The notes below the pieces were generated by a model. The model saw only the letters and a list, made by a program, of their open reading frames with translations. It made no database searches and had not been told where the DNA came from. Both the position numbers and the translations under genes were made by a program. A stretch of 63,524 nucleotides of DNA, the filler included, from Octopus bimaculoides (Eukaryota), in the NCBI RefSeq assembly GCF_001194135.2. It is 8 parts of 8 records of this genome, joined end to end, with 100 filler letters (N's around TTAATTAATTAA, not from the genome) between each part and the next. Parts side by side here need not be neighbours in the genome. Positions count along the whole stretch, not along the records: positions 1 to 12,842 come from NC_068996.1; 7 more parts are not named here. One strand, 5' to 3'. Positions 1 to 12,842 of this stretch are shown here, in pieces. How positions within the stretch are numbered: the stretch's first letter is position 1; each line of letters opens with the position of its first letter.

Positions 1-81
<81 letters not shown>
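1..81. repeat. (TAT/TAA)n microsatellite forming the 3' tail or target of the adjacent R4/Dong element
   Basis: Perfect TTA trinucleotide run directly abutting the element's 3' UTR. Confidence 0.95.
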
Positions 82-86
<5 letters not shown>

Positions 87-2270
87 TAGTCTTATTTTTA
101 TCACATGCTTTCACTGCACTACTGAGTGCAGCTCTGTGTACCTTGGTTTTGTTCTGTGGTTTGTTGTAGTGCTCTTATTTTCACTTTATTGAAAGTGTTT
201 TTCGTAGGATGTGTGTGGTGCCTAGTAGTGCTGTTTTTTCTGTATGTTATATACAGTTGTAAGTTCTGTTGTTTTGGTTATATATTTGCTTGAATGATTT
301 TGTGTCTTACCTAATTCGTTACTATAATAGGAATTGTTTCGAGGTACCCTATTTCCAGATGTTTGTATTTTGAAAGTTTCACTATTTCTTTTAGAGAAAC
401 GTTGTCATCTGTTGGTATTGATACATGGATTAGGAAGCATTTTTCTTGGTGATCTCTGACAACTATGTCCGGTTTTTTAGCCTTGATTTTTCTATCTGTG
501 TGTACTAGCATATCCGGGGTTATGGTTGCTTTCTCATTTTCTGTGACCTTTTCTGGCCTGTGTCTATACCATTATTTTTCTGTTGTTATTTCATAGTGTT
601 GACGTAGCTTCCAGTGTATATAGGTCCCATCTCTGTCATGCCTGAGAATTCTTTACTTCTTAGCAGGACTGGGCAGCCAGAGACAATATGATTCATAGTT
701 TCTTCTGCATTACCACATATTATGCAGTTGCTTGTATTTCTTTTCATAGTGTATTTCTGGTGATTTCTGATGATTTCATTTTTATAAGTCCCACTTTTGT
801 CCGGAGCTGTAGCACTGTCTGCCATTTATTCATGGAATGTTTCATATATTTTATGACTTTTGGTGCTACCTTGTTTATGGCTAGTGTTTCTTGGATTCAT
901 GTGTGGGGAATACTATCAAAAGCCTTTCGATAATTGATCCAAACTATACTTATACCCTTCTTTCTTCGGTTGTCTTCAGTTACGGCTTTATTGATCATTA
1001 GTTGATCTTTATAGCTGTATGATCCCTTGCAGCATCTCTTCAACTCTTAAGGAAACAGGTTGTTTTCTTCCAAATGCTTGCACATTCTCTGCAATGTTAT
1101 TGCAGTAAAGGCTTTGTAAGTTGTGGGGAGACAAGTTATCTTTGTGGTTTTGTAGTTTCAGTGGATTTGGGAATTAGGATAGTTTTCCCTTCCGTGAGCC
1201 ATTCAGGCATTGTCTCTGGCTCTGCTAGTATGTCATTAAATTTCTTAGCCAGCGTTTTATATATTCTTGTTAGATATTTTAGCCGGGTGTCTTCCAGTTG
1301 CTTAGTCTTTGCAGTGCTTGGTTGACGTATTCTGTTGTTATAGGAGTCCAGAATTGTCCTGATGCTGTCTTTGTTATTTTGATAGATCTTTTCTGAGGTT
1401 GTTCCTTCACCTACCATATTTCTTTTCAAATTACTTTACTTGTTTTGCTTTTAGTGCGGCATTGATCTCTATTTTATTTTTGCCAAGTTCTTGGTAAAAA
1501 CTTTTGAAGTTGGAGTTGAACTGTTTGTTTTGTTTAAAGAAACTTTGGCGTTTCTCATGCCAGCAGATTCTTTGTGCTTTGTCAAAGATATCTTGCATTA
1601 GCTGGGGTTTTTTTACCCCAGGTATACCTTGTTCTGTAATTTTGTATTTCTGTAGTATTTTTCTCCTCTTTCTGTTGTTTTGTGGTGTTGATTGTCTACT
1701 AGTTTCGTTAAGGATTGACTGATCCTTTCTGTTGTTGTTTTTTTTTTCTATTTTTTCTGGATATTCTTTATCCTCAGGGTTTCTTTGGGTGGTGATACTC
1801 CTGTTTGGATGGGTCTGAGGAGGTACAATCGATGGCCCATACTGAGATCTGTGGCTTTTAATTCTTTGATTATACTCATTTTTAGAGTATCATAATCATT
1901 AACTTCACCTTCACTGTTTCCAGGTTTTAGATTTGTTTCGCATTCTTTCGTTTTTGTTGGAATTTTACGGTCTCATTGCTTATGATATTATTTGGCATTA
2001 TTGTGTGGTCACTATCTACATTTTCCTGATGTATTTTTCCTTTTAAGTACTCTATTTCTATTTGTGAAATTTTCTTTGTTTTGAGAATATAGATCCGTGT
2101 GTTAGCCAGTTTATTAGGTTCATTTCTGTATCCAAATCTTTATTTAGGTTATTTTTCTTCCAGATTTTATATGTATATGTTGTTGTGTTTTCGTTCTTTG
2201 GGTAGAGCAATGCTGTAAAATAAGCGTGTAGGATTGAAATATATTCCTCACATGTCCATTTACGTTTTGT
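82..2270 (-). mobile_element. R4/Dong-like non-LTR retrotransposon (RLE endonuclease), decayed and internally deleted
   Basis: Minus-strand fragments in order: N-terminal KRKWTCEEYISILHAY..; MPEWLTEGKTILIPK; ITCLPTTYK; WINYRKAFDSIPH; zinc knuckle CIICGNAEETMNHIVSGCP; RLE KKPDIVVRD..FLIHVSIPTDDNV..KLSKYKHL; QKTALLGTTHILRKTL*; multiple stops and frameshifts. Confidence 0.85.
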
Positions 2271-2280
2271 NNNNNNNNNN

Positions 2281-2346
<66 letters not shown>

Positions 2347-2671
2347 ATGTTTGGAGACGGGCTGATGTTGATTTGAACCATAATGTGGTGAGCGTGTTTC
2401 CACGTGTTGTGCGAGTGATGAAGATGTTACACAGTTAAAATACATCATTTCATTTGGAAAACTGAAATTTTAAATGAGTTTTCCTGGTTTACTTTAAAAC
2501 ACTTTGTCCATTTGTTATTTTTATTCTCGATGTTTTTCGATAGATTTCGGGGCAGTGTTTTATCGCACTCACATGTTAAACGTCCCCGGTGTGATCTCTT
2601 ATTGTTACTATTAATATTCTTCTTCTTCTTCGTCCTCTTCTTCTTCTTCTTCTTATTATTATTATTATTAC

Positions 2672-2713
<42 letters not shown>

Positions 2714-2850
2714 CATTATTATTATTATCATTATTATTGTTCAGTAGTTTTATTATCATTATTATCATTCTTCTTCTTCTTCTTCTTCTTCTTCTTCTTC
2801 TTCTTCTTCTTCTTCTTCTTCTTCTTCTTCTTCTTCTTCTTCTTCTTCTT
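2281..2850. repeat. Compound microsatellites (TG)n, (CTT)n, (TAT)n
   Basis: Directly visible; source of the spurious poly-L/N/K/HT ORFs. Confidence 0.9.
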
Positions 2851-2859
2851 TTTCTTGTT

Positions 2860-4200
2860 TGGTTCGGGTTCGGTCTTATTCCTGGTAGGGATTATGTAGA
2901 TAGCGGGTTACTACCTGTAACCTTAGGTATCCACAAGTTTTCAGCAGTTTTTCAAGTGCTTAGAACCCTCCTGGTAATCCTTGCTGTCTCTAAGAGACAA
3001 TCTTTCAGTAAGAGCTCTACCAGGCATTCTATTCCAATCTCTTTCAGCCATTTGTCTATATTTTTGCTTACTGTTCCCAACACACCAATTACTGTGCTCA
3101 CGCTCCAAATTCTTCCTATTTCAAATTTTAAGGGATTGTATATTTTTTGTTTATGATCCTGGAATCAAACGGGCATGATGGGTCGATAAGTAAGCAACTT
3201 CGCTTTTTCTTATCTATAATCGTTATGTCCGGTCTATTATTTTCTGGCTTCTTGTCCGTTTGAATAGGAAAGTCCCACAAGATCTTCCATTTCCATTTCT
3301 CCAGCACTTTTTTGACTTGATGATTGTACCATGTGTTTCCATCTTCAAAGCCTCATTTCTGGTACAGTTTTCAGTGAAAAACTTTTACAACCTGGTCCTG
3401 CCTCCATTTCTTATATTCTTCGTGTGCCAACTCGGGGCATTCGGTCATAATGTGTGCCATTGTCTCGTTCCAAGTTCCAGAAGATCTACATTTTTCTGAT
3501 ACATTTTCTCCATATATATTTTTTGCAAGTTGTTTGTTTCTATCCCTTGAACTTGGGCTGCTACAGTTAAACTCTGTTTTTTTTAATTTTATTTTTAATT
3601 GTTCCTTTTAAAACTAAGCGCAGGATTTTGTTACGTATAAGTCTTTAGTGGCTCTCCAAAGTGGCATGTCATATCGGAAAGGTTTCTCCTCGATCTGACA
3701 TGCTCTCCTTGTTTTTCATTCTTGTCCTTTTCTGCTATTACGCGCTTCATCACCTGTTCTTTCTGAATTTAGCTTCGACTACAATAATGTTCTAACTCTC
3801 CTTGTGTATTCACTACTGGTAATTAGTTTCATTTCTTAATTTTTTTATCTCATCCGCTTCCAGTATCCCCAAGCACTTATACTACTGTCCTTTCTCACCC
3901 GCTCTCATTGATTGCCCATCTGACATTTCAGTTCCCGGGCTTCTTTCAAATCTTCCTCGTTTCATTTTCACTTTTCTATCCCAAATTCCATACCTACATC
4001 ATTTGAGAAAATGCAGATAGTATGTACAAGACTTTCAAGCAGTTTCTCATTTTTCGCATAGACCGTTATATCGTCTCTGGAAAGGAAATTATTTAACTGG
4101 AAGTAAAATCTCCCATCTTAGCCACCGATCTCACTGAAAATATGTAACGGACTAATAGAAGTCTAGCAAAGGAGTGAAATTTAACATAGTATCTCAGCTA
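2860..4200 (-). mobile_element. Second R4/Dong-like retrotransposon, 5'-truncated and decayed
   Basis: Minus strand: RT C-terminal DDITVYAKNE, YKCLGILEAD; zinc knuckle CRS..NETMAHIMTECPELA; KILWDFPIQTD..NNRPDITIIDKKK..CLLID; IGVLGTVSKN..TARITRRVLST*. Confidence 0.8.
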
Positions 4201-4421
4201 AACAGTCGTAGAATAAGGTAACAGATATACCTAGATCATAATTTTGAATTTTGGCTAAGAATCTCAGCAGATCTTGCTGTACCTAAAATGGATAATTCTT
4301 CTCACCTTGTTTTAATCCGTTACACCTTGGATAGTCCCTCGCCAAATTGAAAACAATTTCAGTGCATAATATATATATATATAAGAATGAGAAAATATTC
4401 AAATGAATACTCCTAAATATG

Positions 4422-4424
<3 letters not shown>

Positions 4425-4517
<93 letters not shown>
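4425..4517. repeat. (TAT)n microsatellite
   Basis: Perfect trinucleotide run. Confidence 0.95.
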
Positions 4518-4520
<3 letters not shown>

Positions 4521-5018
4521 GTTTGACTTTTGCTTTGTATTTGTACAAGTTGGCTCCAAGTCTCACTCAGAGACCTCAAGAGACAGCAAGTTAGAAGTTC
4601 ATGCTGGTATTATGACTAGCGTATCGTGGAAGAAAGCTTTCCATCTCATTCTTCGGATGAGGTCCTTAGTTTTGGTAAGGAGGAATAAGAACAAAGTTTT
4701 TTGTGAAGGAATAGGTGGGTCCTTAAGAGAAATGCCGAGGAATTGTTTATCCATTACAGAAGCGTCACTTGAGATAAGTGCTTATAATAGCAAGAAATTA
4801 AGGTTATGAGAAGTAATGGTGTCAAGAAGACCCAAAGGTGTCAGGTAATGTTGAGTAAGTTCTATGGACAGACTATAGTTAAGCTCCAGGCTCGGTGATT
4901 ATGTCAATGAGGAGTCCAACGTAGATCATATATTAGCATGCATATATATATATAAAATTAACAGAATGCGATAAAAATCCAAGGCTGTGAAAGAGTTTAG
5001 AACATTTTTAAAGAGCAG

Positions 5019-5066
5019 GTCTTACAGCTGTTTCCGGGATGCTTTATATATCCCTTCATCGGAGAC
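5019..5066 (-). ncRNA. Minimal type I hammerhead ribozyme motif (CCGAUGA variant, palindromic stem III)
   Basis: Minus: GUCU-CCGAUGA-A-GGGAU-auauaaagc-AUCCC-G-GAAA-CAGCUG-UA-AGAC. Confidence 0.65.
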
Positions 5067-5143
5067 GGTGCGAGAAAATGGTTAAGCAATAGTTATTCTA
5101 GAGAAAATATGAAATAGAGAATGAAGAGAAGGAATGAAAACAG

Positions 5144-5290
5144 ACGTGAGATATGCAGGGATATTGTATCTGCAAACGTGAGATATGCAGGGATATAGTA
5201 TCTGCAGACGTGAGATATGCAGGGATATTGTATCTGCAGACGTGAGATATGCAGGGATATTGTATCTGCAGACGTGAGATATGCAGGAAT
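5144..5290. repeat. 32-bp tandem repeat, about 4.5 copies
   Basis: Unit ACGTGAGATATGCAGGGATATTGTATCTGCAG, period 5144 to 5176. Confidence 0.95.
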
Positions 5291-5329
5291 ACTGCATCTA
5301 ATGCCGGGTCAATCACCATAACAATAATC

Positions 5330-7100
5330 ATAGCAACCTATTCGACATAACCATGGGATCATTTAATTCAGCTGAGGACTGTATATACTCCACCAGCTCC
5401 ATATACATTTCCCTAACATCACGGGAGACCTATGCAGGGACGACGCCTTGCTAGTTACCAAAAACATAAATAGATCCTCCTTGGAAAGAACTAGAAAGGA
5501 TCTACATAAATTCTTCTCTAACCTAAACATCTCTATCACATTCGAAAACGCTCACAAAACTGCTAACTTTTCAGACGTAACTCTAAACTTATCAACCTCC
5601 CAATACTCCCCTTACCACAAACCTAACCAATATCTTAAATACCTTAGCATCCACTCCAATCACCACAAATCCATTTTTGATAACATAACCAAGGGCATTT
5701 CAACCCGCATATCCCACCTCTCTTCCACCGAGGAAATTTTCAATAATCACGCACCATATTATAATAAAGCACTCGCTGCTAGCGGCTTTTCCCAACAAAT
5801 AAAATACATCCATAACACCAGGCTCAAACAATATATATCTCAAATCACATCTCAAAGACGCACCAACCATCACAATCGCAAGCAACCACACACATACCCC
5901 TGGAAGATCTTACACCTAGGCAACCTAGTCTCCACACACATACATTTAACACTAGGTCAAAAACTAAAACAACTAAAACAGCTAACAACAGGCCTTGCCA
6001 CCCACCCCCATTCTCCAAAAATATAGATAGCACTCCTTTATCTAAAAACATAGCACTACTCCCAGAACCCTAAAAGAAGCGGCGGACGCTCTATTCTGTG
6101 GTACACCCCCTTCTCACTTAATGTTAAGATCTTACCTAAAACCTTCTTTAAAATACGAGACTAACTTCCCTCGTCAACATAAATATCATTCTTTTTTTAA
6201 AGAGATCCACCCTGAAACTATCCTATTCTGACCTACCCAACTTTGAACCTATTGTAGCCCTCTAATAAACAAAAGCTTTCTCTTTACTATAAAAACTCAC
6301 ATAATTACAACTCTAGTCATACGAACGCTCAACACACATACAGTTCTAGCTCAGATACCCTTACATTAGACCACAACCACAACCACAACCCATCTTACTG
6401 ACACTGCCCGGAACACCACCACAGTCTCTACCACTCTTACAAATATTACAATTAATAACAACAATAGTAATAATAACAATGAATCGTAATGATAACGTTA
6501 ATAATACTAATAATCTAGGCTTTTCTACCCACTTCTCTAACCTCTCCTCGGACAATATTACCTCCTCCATCCCTGAATACAATCTCCAAAATTCACCTAA
6601 CTGTAACTGCCGTTCTGGAACCATCTGCCCGTTACAGACCCATTGCAGAAGATATAATGTAATTTACAAATGCACTGTCCTTCATCTATTACACAACTCT
6701 GCAGCCATATATATAGGATCAACTAAAACTTTTAAGCAACGATATGCCGCTCACCTCCATTCTTTTAGATACGATAAACATAGTAAATCTACAACACTTG
6801 CCAACCACATACGTCGTCTCAAAGATACAAATATACCCTATATTTTATCATGGTCCATACTGGATTCAGAGCTTCCCTACCGAGGTCAACGCTCAGCCTT
6901 CAAGCTTTGCTTCACATATTAAAGCAAAACTCTCCAGCACTGCTAAATAGACATAATGAGGTACTAAGCACATGCAACCACTGCTTTTTTCACACATTCA
7001 AATTCTGCCACAAATTCAAATGCCTAAATGTCATTACAGTATATTTACATAACACCCCTTGCATAATCCCAATAACCTTATAAATCTACATTTTAATTCC
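5330..7100 (+). mobile_element. Penelope-like element, 5'-truncated: RT C-terminus/thumb and GIY-YIG endonuclease
   Basis: ORF 5448-6026 (NFSDVTLNL..YSPYHKPN..HSNH..RISHLSSTEEIFNNHAPYYNKAL..SGF); ORF 6479-6922 (CNCRSGTICPL..VIYKC..IYIGSTKTFKQRYAAH..STTLANHI..SWSIL). Confidence 0.9.
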
Positions 7101-7651
7101 TAATCCCTCTTTTATACTTGAATATCGCAATCATTTAATTGTATTTGTATATATATATATATATGTGCGTACGTATGTACGTGTGTTTGTGTATGTGTGT
7201 GTTTGTGTATGTATGTATGTAAGCAAGCTATATATACCTACGTGTGCAGGGGTAATAATGCATACAGATACACGTATAAATGCGTGTGCGTATGTATATA
7301 TATATATATGAGTACGTGTTGTATGTGTAGGTTTTGATGTATATAAATATCTATATACATGTTTTAAAACGCATGTATATACATCTTCACATATATATAT
7401 ATATATTCTATTACTAAGCACTGACCTGTCCTCTAAGTAACCTAACCAATATTCCCAAATTCTTCATTCCACCATTTTACTTCCCCTATCCCTCTCTCTG
7501 CCCCTCACTTAGGCTCTATCACTACATACCTATGTATGTATGTATAGATATGCAGGGCAGGGAATCGTCAATTAGTAATAAAATTAATAATTAACAATTT
7601 TGCCGGGTAGCTCAGTATGAAAAAACCTTTTCGGTAAAAATCATGTATAAT

Positions 7652-8099
7652 CATAAATATATAGGGATTGACAGTAACCTGCTTCTCCAACATACTGAGA
7701 ATTCAGAAATAGCAGTCAAAGAACTACTGATTTCAAAACTACAAATTATTACTCCAGATTGATAGCGATATTTTTGATACACACAGAACAAAAAATTAAC
7801 TAAATTAACTAAAGGCAGGTGGTTTTTTACTCTTCTCTACTGTTTTTTGTTCTGTGTGTATCAAAAATATCGCTATCAANNNNNNNNNNNNNNNNNNNNN
7901 NNNNNNNNNNNNNNNNNNNNNNNNNNNNNNNNNNNNNNNNNNNNNNNNNNNNNNNNNNNNNNNNNNNNNNNNNNNNNNNNNNNNNNNNNNNNNNNNNNNN
8001 NNNNNNNNNNNNNNNNNNNNNNNNNNNNNNNNNNNNNNNNNNNNNNNNNNNNNNNGTATGTTGGAGAAGCAGGTTACTGTCAATCCCTATATATTTATG
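7652..8099. repeat. Foldback inverted repeat (MITE-like), partly in a gap
   Basis: 7759-7795 and 7843-7879 are a perfect 37-bp inverted repeat; 7652-7695 and 8056-8099 are a perfect 44-bp inverted repeat. Confidence 0.8.
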
Positions 8100-8177
8100 T
8101 ATGTATGTATGTATGTATGTATGTATGTATGTATGTTTTTATATATGTATGTATATATGTATGTATTATGTATGTAT

Positions 8178-8208
<31 letters not shown>

Positions 8209-8350
8209 GGTATATGTACCTGCATGTGCAGGGGTGATAATACATACAGATACACGTATACATGAGTATGCGTATATACATATACATATGAGTACGTGTT
8301 GTTTGTGTATGTGTTATGTATGTGTATGTGCGTGTATGTGTATGTATGGG

Positions 8351-8400
<50 letters not shown>

Positions 8401-8492
8401 TGCGTGTATATGTGTGTGAGAGTGTGTGTATATATACGCGTATGTACGCGCTTGTATGCATTATGTACAAGTCTTTATACGTATGTAAGTGT

Positions 8493-8554
<62 letters not shown>

Positions 8555-10153
8555 GCGTATATATGTGTATGCGTATGTGTGTAAATATCTGTATACATGT
8601 TTAATATATGCATGTGTATACATCTCCACATATATATTCTTCTACTACTAAACACTGACCTGTCCTCTAAGCAACCTAACCTATATTCCCAAATTCTTTA
8701 TTCCACCATTTTACTACCACTACTCCCTCTCTTTACCCTTCACTTAGGCTCTATATACCACGCACTCCTTTACTCTTTACCCTCTCATCTCTTTATACCC
8801 TCACATCTTTCTCTCTCTCTTTCACCCTCACCTCCCAATTCCTTCTATCAATATATCCTGACTGATCACTAGTCAGTACACTTTCTTTCTCTTCATTTTT
8901 TTATTATCTCCACCACTCTTTTCTTTTCTTTCTTCCTATTTTTTTCTCTTCCTGCTTTTGATTTGACCTTACAAGCACATTCCTAACTTTTAAGTCACTC
9001 AAAAAAAAACCCTCGATCCAATAACACGGTTTACAAACTCTATACTTGGAATAACCAATATTAAATACTATTGGAACTTACACACCAGGTACAGGAAACG
9101 TATACCAATCTGCTTAAATAATGGAACAGCAGACACAATATCCCTGCATATCTCACGTCTGTTTTCATTCCTCCTCTTTACTCTCTATTTCATATCTTCT
9201 CTAGAATAACTATTCCTTAACCATTTTCTCGCACCGTCTCCCGGAAACAGCTGTAAGACCTCTTTATAAATGTTCAGAAATCTTACACAGCCTTGGATTT
9301 TTATCTCATTCTGTTAATTTTATATNNNNNNNNNNNNNNNNNNNNNNNNNNNNNNNNNNNNNNNNNNNNNNNNNNNNNNNNNNNNNNNNNNNNNNNNNNN
9401 NNNNNNNNNNNNNNNNNNNNNNNNNNNNNNNNNNNNNNNNNNNNNNNNNNNNNNNNNNNNNNNNNNNNNNNNNNNNNNNNNNNNNNNNNNNNNNNNNNNN
9501 NNNNNNNNNNNNNNNNNNNNNNNNNNNNNNNNNNNNNNNNNNNNNNNNNNNNNNNNNNNNNNNNNNNNNNNNNNNNNNNNNNNNNNNNNNNNNNNNNNNN
9601 NNNNNNNNNNNNNNNNNNNNNNNNNNNNNNNNNNNNNNNNNNNNNNNNNNNNNNNNNNNNNNNNNNNNNNNNNNNNNNNNNNNNNNNNNNNNNNNNNNNN
9701 NNNNNNNNNNNNNNNNNNNNNNNNNNNNNNNNNNNNNNNNNNNNNNNNNNNNNNNNNNNNNNNNNNNNNNNNNNNNNNNNNNNNNNNNNNNNNNNNNNNN
9801 NNNNNNNNNNNNNNNNNNNNNNNNNNNNNNNNNNNNNNNNNNNNNNNNNNNNNNNNNNNNNNNNNNNNNNNNNNNNNNNNNNNNNNNNNNNNNNNNNNNN
9901 NNNNNNNNNNNNNNNNNNNNNNNNNNNNNNNNNNNNNNNNNNNNNNNNNNNNNNNNNNNNNNNNNNNNNNNNNNNNNNNNNNNNNNNNNNNNNNNNNNNN
10001 NNNNNNNNNNNNNNNNNNNNNNNNNNNNNNNNNNNNNNNNNNNNNNNNNNNNNNNNNNNNNNNNNNNNNNNNNNNNNNNNNNNNNNNNNNNNNNNNNNNN
10101 NNNNNNNNNNNNNNNNNNNNNNNNNNNNNNNNNNNNNNNNNNNNNNNNNNNNN

Positions 10154-10187
<34 letters not shown>

Positions 10188-10190
<3 letters not shown>

Positions 10191-12030
10191 TTATCCAAAG
10201 AATGAGATGGCGAGCTTACTTCTTTGACATGAAACAACAGAAACAAGTATTGCCTTAAATCTTTTTAAAACCCACAACCTATTTTGAAATAGACCTTTTC
10301 GCGGTTGAAAAAGATCTTTACAAACGACTTCTTTCGAATAACATTACAGACACCTACAAAACGCTAATATGAACTTATATACAGAGGTGAATATCGAAGC
10401 AAGAAGGCTCGCTAAGAATCTTCAAGGCAGTGAGAGGATAGAATACTTCCCTCCACGCCAACCTTTCAACCTTTTATTACCCTTAAGGACCACAAAGCTA
10501 ATTTCAGTAGAAACGCTAAATGTAGACTAGTCAACCCAGCTAAAACTGAAATAGGCATTATTAGCAAAAGTATTTTAGATTCTATTTTAAACAAATTAAA
10601 TAGAGAATTAAATTTAAGGATTTGGGGAAATAGTAAGTCAGTGATAGATTGGTCCAAAGGAATTAACCATAAATGTAACTACAAATTTATGCAGTTCAAT
10701 ATTATCGATTTTTACCCGTCAATATCCAAACCTTTACTTCTTAAAGCAATACGTCACCATCGACAGCTCGGATTTAGATATAATCCTGCATGCATGGAAA
10801 CCCCTCCTTTTTTTACGATGATTCCACCTTGGTCAAAAAGAACGTGTATTCTTTACTCGATGTGCCGATGGAGCGGAGTTGTGTATGGAGCGGAGTTATG
10901 CATGGAGCGGAGTTATGTATGCTTATAGGAGCTTATATTTTGCAAAACCTGCATCTGGAATTCTCTTTTATAGATGCAGGATTATACAGGGCTGACACTC
11001 TTATAGTCACCCGTATTTTGAACAGCCATGAGTTAGATAAACTTAGAAAGAATGATATTAATTTCTTTCAAAGAATGGGCTTACGGATGACGATAGAAAG
11101 TAACCTAAATAATGTAGATTTTTTAGTTGCAACTAGATAAATTTGAACCCTACCGTAAGCCTAATGAAATGCTATTTTATATTAACAAGGAGTCAAACCA
11201 TCCACCCGTAATGCTTAAGAATTTAGTTAGTAATATTGGAAGTCGCATATCATCCATATCATCAGACGAAGCAGCGTTTCAAAATGCTGCGCTGTATTAT
11301 AATAATGCATTAAGGAACAATTGATTCTCGGAAAAGATCCAGGATAATCAAATCATTACTAACAATAACAGAACACGTAGAACTAGAACTATGGAAGTTT
11401 TGTGGTTTAATCCGGCATTTATGATTACCGTAAAACCAAATATAGTTAGAAAATTCTTAAAACTAGTTTCTAAACACTTTCAAGGAAATCATAAGTTCTA
11501 TAAAATTTTTAATAGAAAAACGCCTCTTTAACTAACCAGCACAACACGAAGACCTTTAGAAGCAACAACTGTGCCGGAAATAACCAGAAGAATTGTAATT
11601 TCAAAGATCAAAGTTACTGTCCGTTAAGAGGAAATTGTCTTAAGAAAGGAATAGTCTACAGAGTTAAGGTACAAAACAAGAATACAAAACATATACATGA
11701 GCTTCAGAAAATTCCTTTAAGACTAGATTATATTCCATCCGAAATTCATTTCGATACCCCGAATATAGGACAGCAAAACATGTCTGGCAATTGAGAGAAA
11801 ATTATGCCCATCCTTTCAAAATCAGCTGGACAATCTTGGAGGAAGCAACACCATATAAGAATGGAGCATATAGACACCCAATGAGGTGCAATTTGTGCCT
11901 AACTGAAAAATTCTTCATCCACTTCCGGGATAAATACGCACTGAACCAAAGACGTGAGCTTTTGAATTCCTGCAGACACGCTACAAGGTATAAAATGTCG
12001 AGTGTAAAAATACCGGACCGATAATATTGA
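10188..12030 (+). mobile_element. Penelope-like element, nearly full-length ORF, decayed
   Basis: IQRMRWRAYFF; ITLKDHK..CRLVNPAKTEIG; FNIIDFYPSI; GAELC..GLYRAD; EPYRKPN..SNHPP; CPLRGNCL; CNLCLTEK..ELLNSCRH; many frameshifts. Confidence 0.9.
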
Positions 12031-12808
12031 CTTTCGCATTTGAATTTGGCTTTTTCACCTAAATAAAGACATCATTTAGTATTATATCCATTATATCCAC
12101 TGTACATGTTTCGCCTTTACATTTTACATTTTTTGACTGTCAAGAAAACCTTCGACTGTTTACAAACTTTTATTTTTATTTTATTCTATTTTATTACTTT
12201 TATATTATTTTTTAAATTATTTTAATTTTATTTCCATTGTTTTAAATGTACCTTTTTGAACCATGTGATTGCTTTTTTTACACTGCAATTTAGCCTAAAT
12301 ATACCTCACAACTTTGGTTTCTAATGTATATCTTTAAAAGTCCATTTACAACCGCCCGAGATGTGTTGTAGATCGTATATCTACAATCGCCCAAAATGTG
12401 TTTTTAAGATATCCAATACTCGAATAAATTTGTTATGATTTATTTTTTATTATAATTTTAATGATTTTTTTTTTTTATTATTTACTGAATTACTCTCATT
12501 GCTTTTATCTTTCATCGTTATTATCATTGCTGATAATGCGGTGGTTCTGGCAAAGCTTTAGCGAGCTGAGCAAAATATTTGGCGATTTTTAGTCAGTGGC
12601 TAAATTTGTGATTTAAATTTCGTCGAGGGCAAAATTTTAAAACGTTTTACTCATTTTCAAATTTATATTACACTCCATTATATTACATTAATTTATTGCA
12701 CTATTTTCTTATTTTAATATTCAATACATCAGACAAACAGTTTTAAATATATTCGTATGTGTATATACGTTATGGTGTATATATGAAAGCTTATATGTAT
12801 ATATGTAC

Positions 12809-12842
<34 letters not shown>

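Larger units (their letters stand above)
4520..5290 (-). mobile_element. Inverted Penelope pseudo-LTR: 3' UTR, hammerhead motif and start of ORF
   Basis: 4957-5170 is the reverse complement of about 9133-9325; 4560-4800 minus encodes ISLKDPPIPS..LIRRMRWKAFF, typical of a PLE N-terminus. Confidence 0.7.

Noticed and set aside
10869-10920. 17-bp triplication ATGGAGCGGAGTTATGT in the Penelope RT
   Set aside because: A local slippage mutation in a dead element; low significance.
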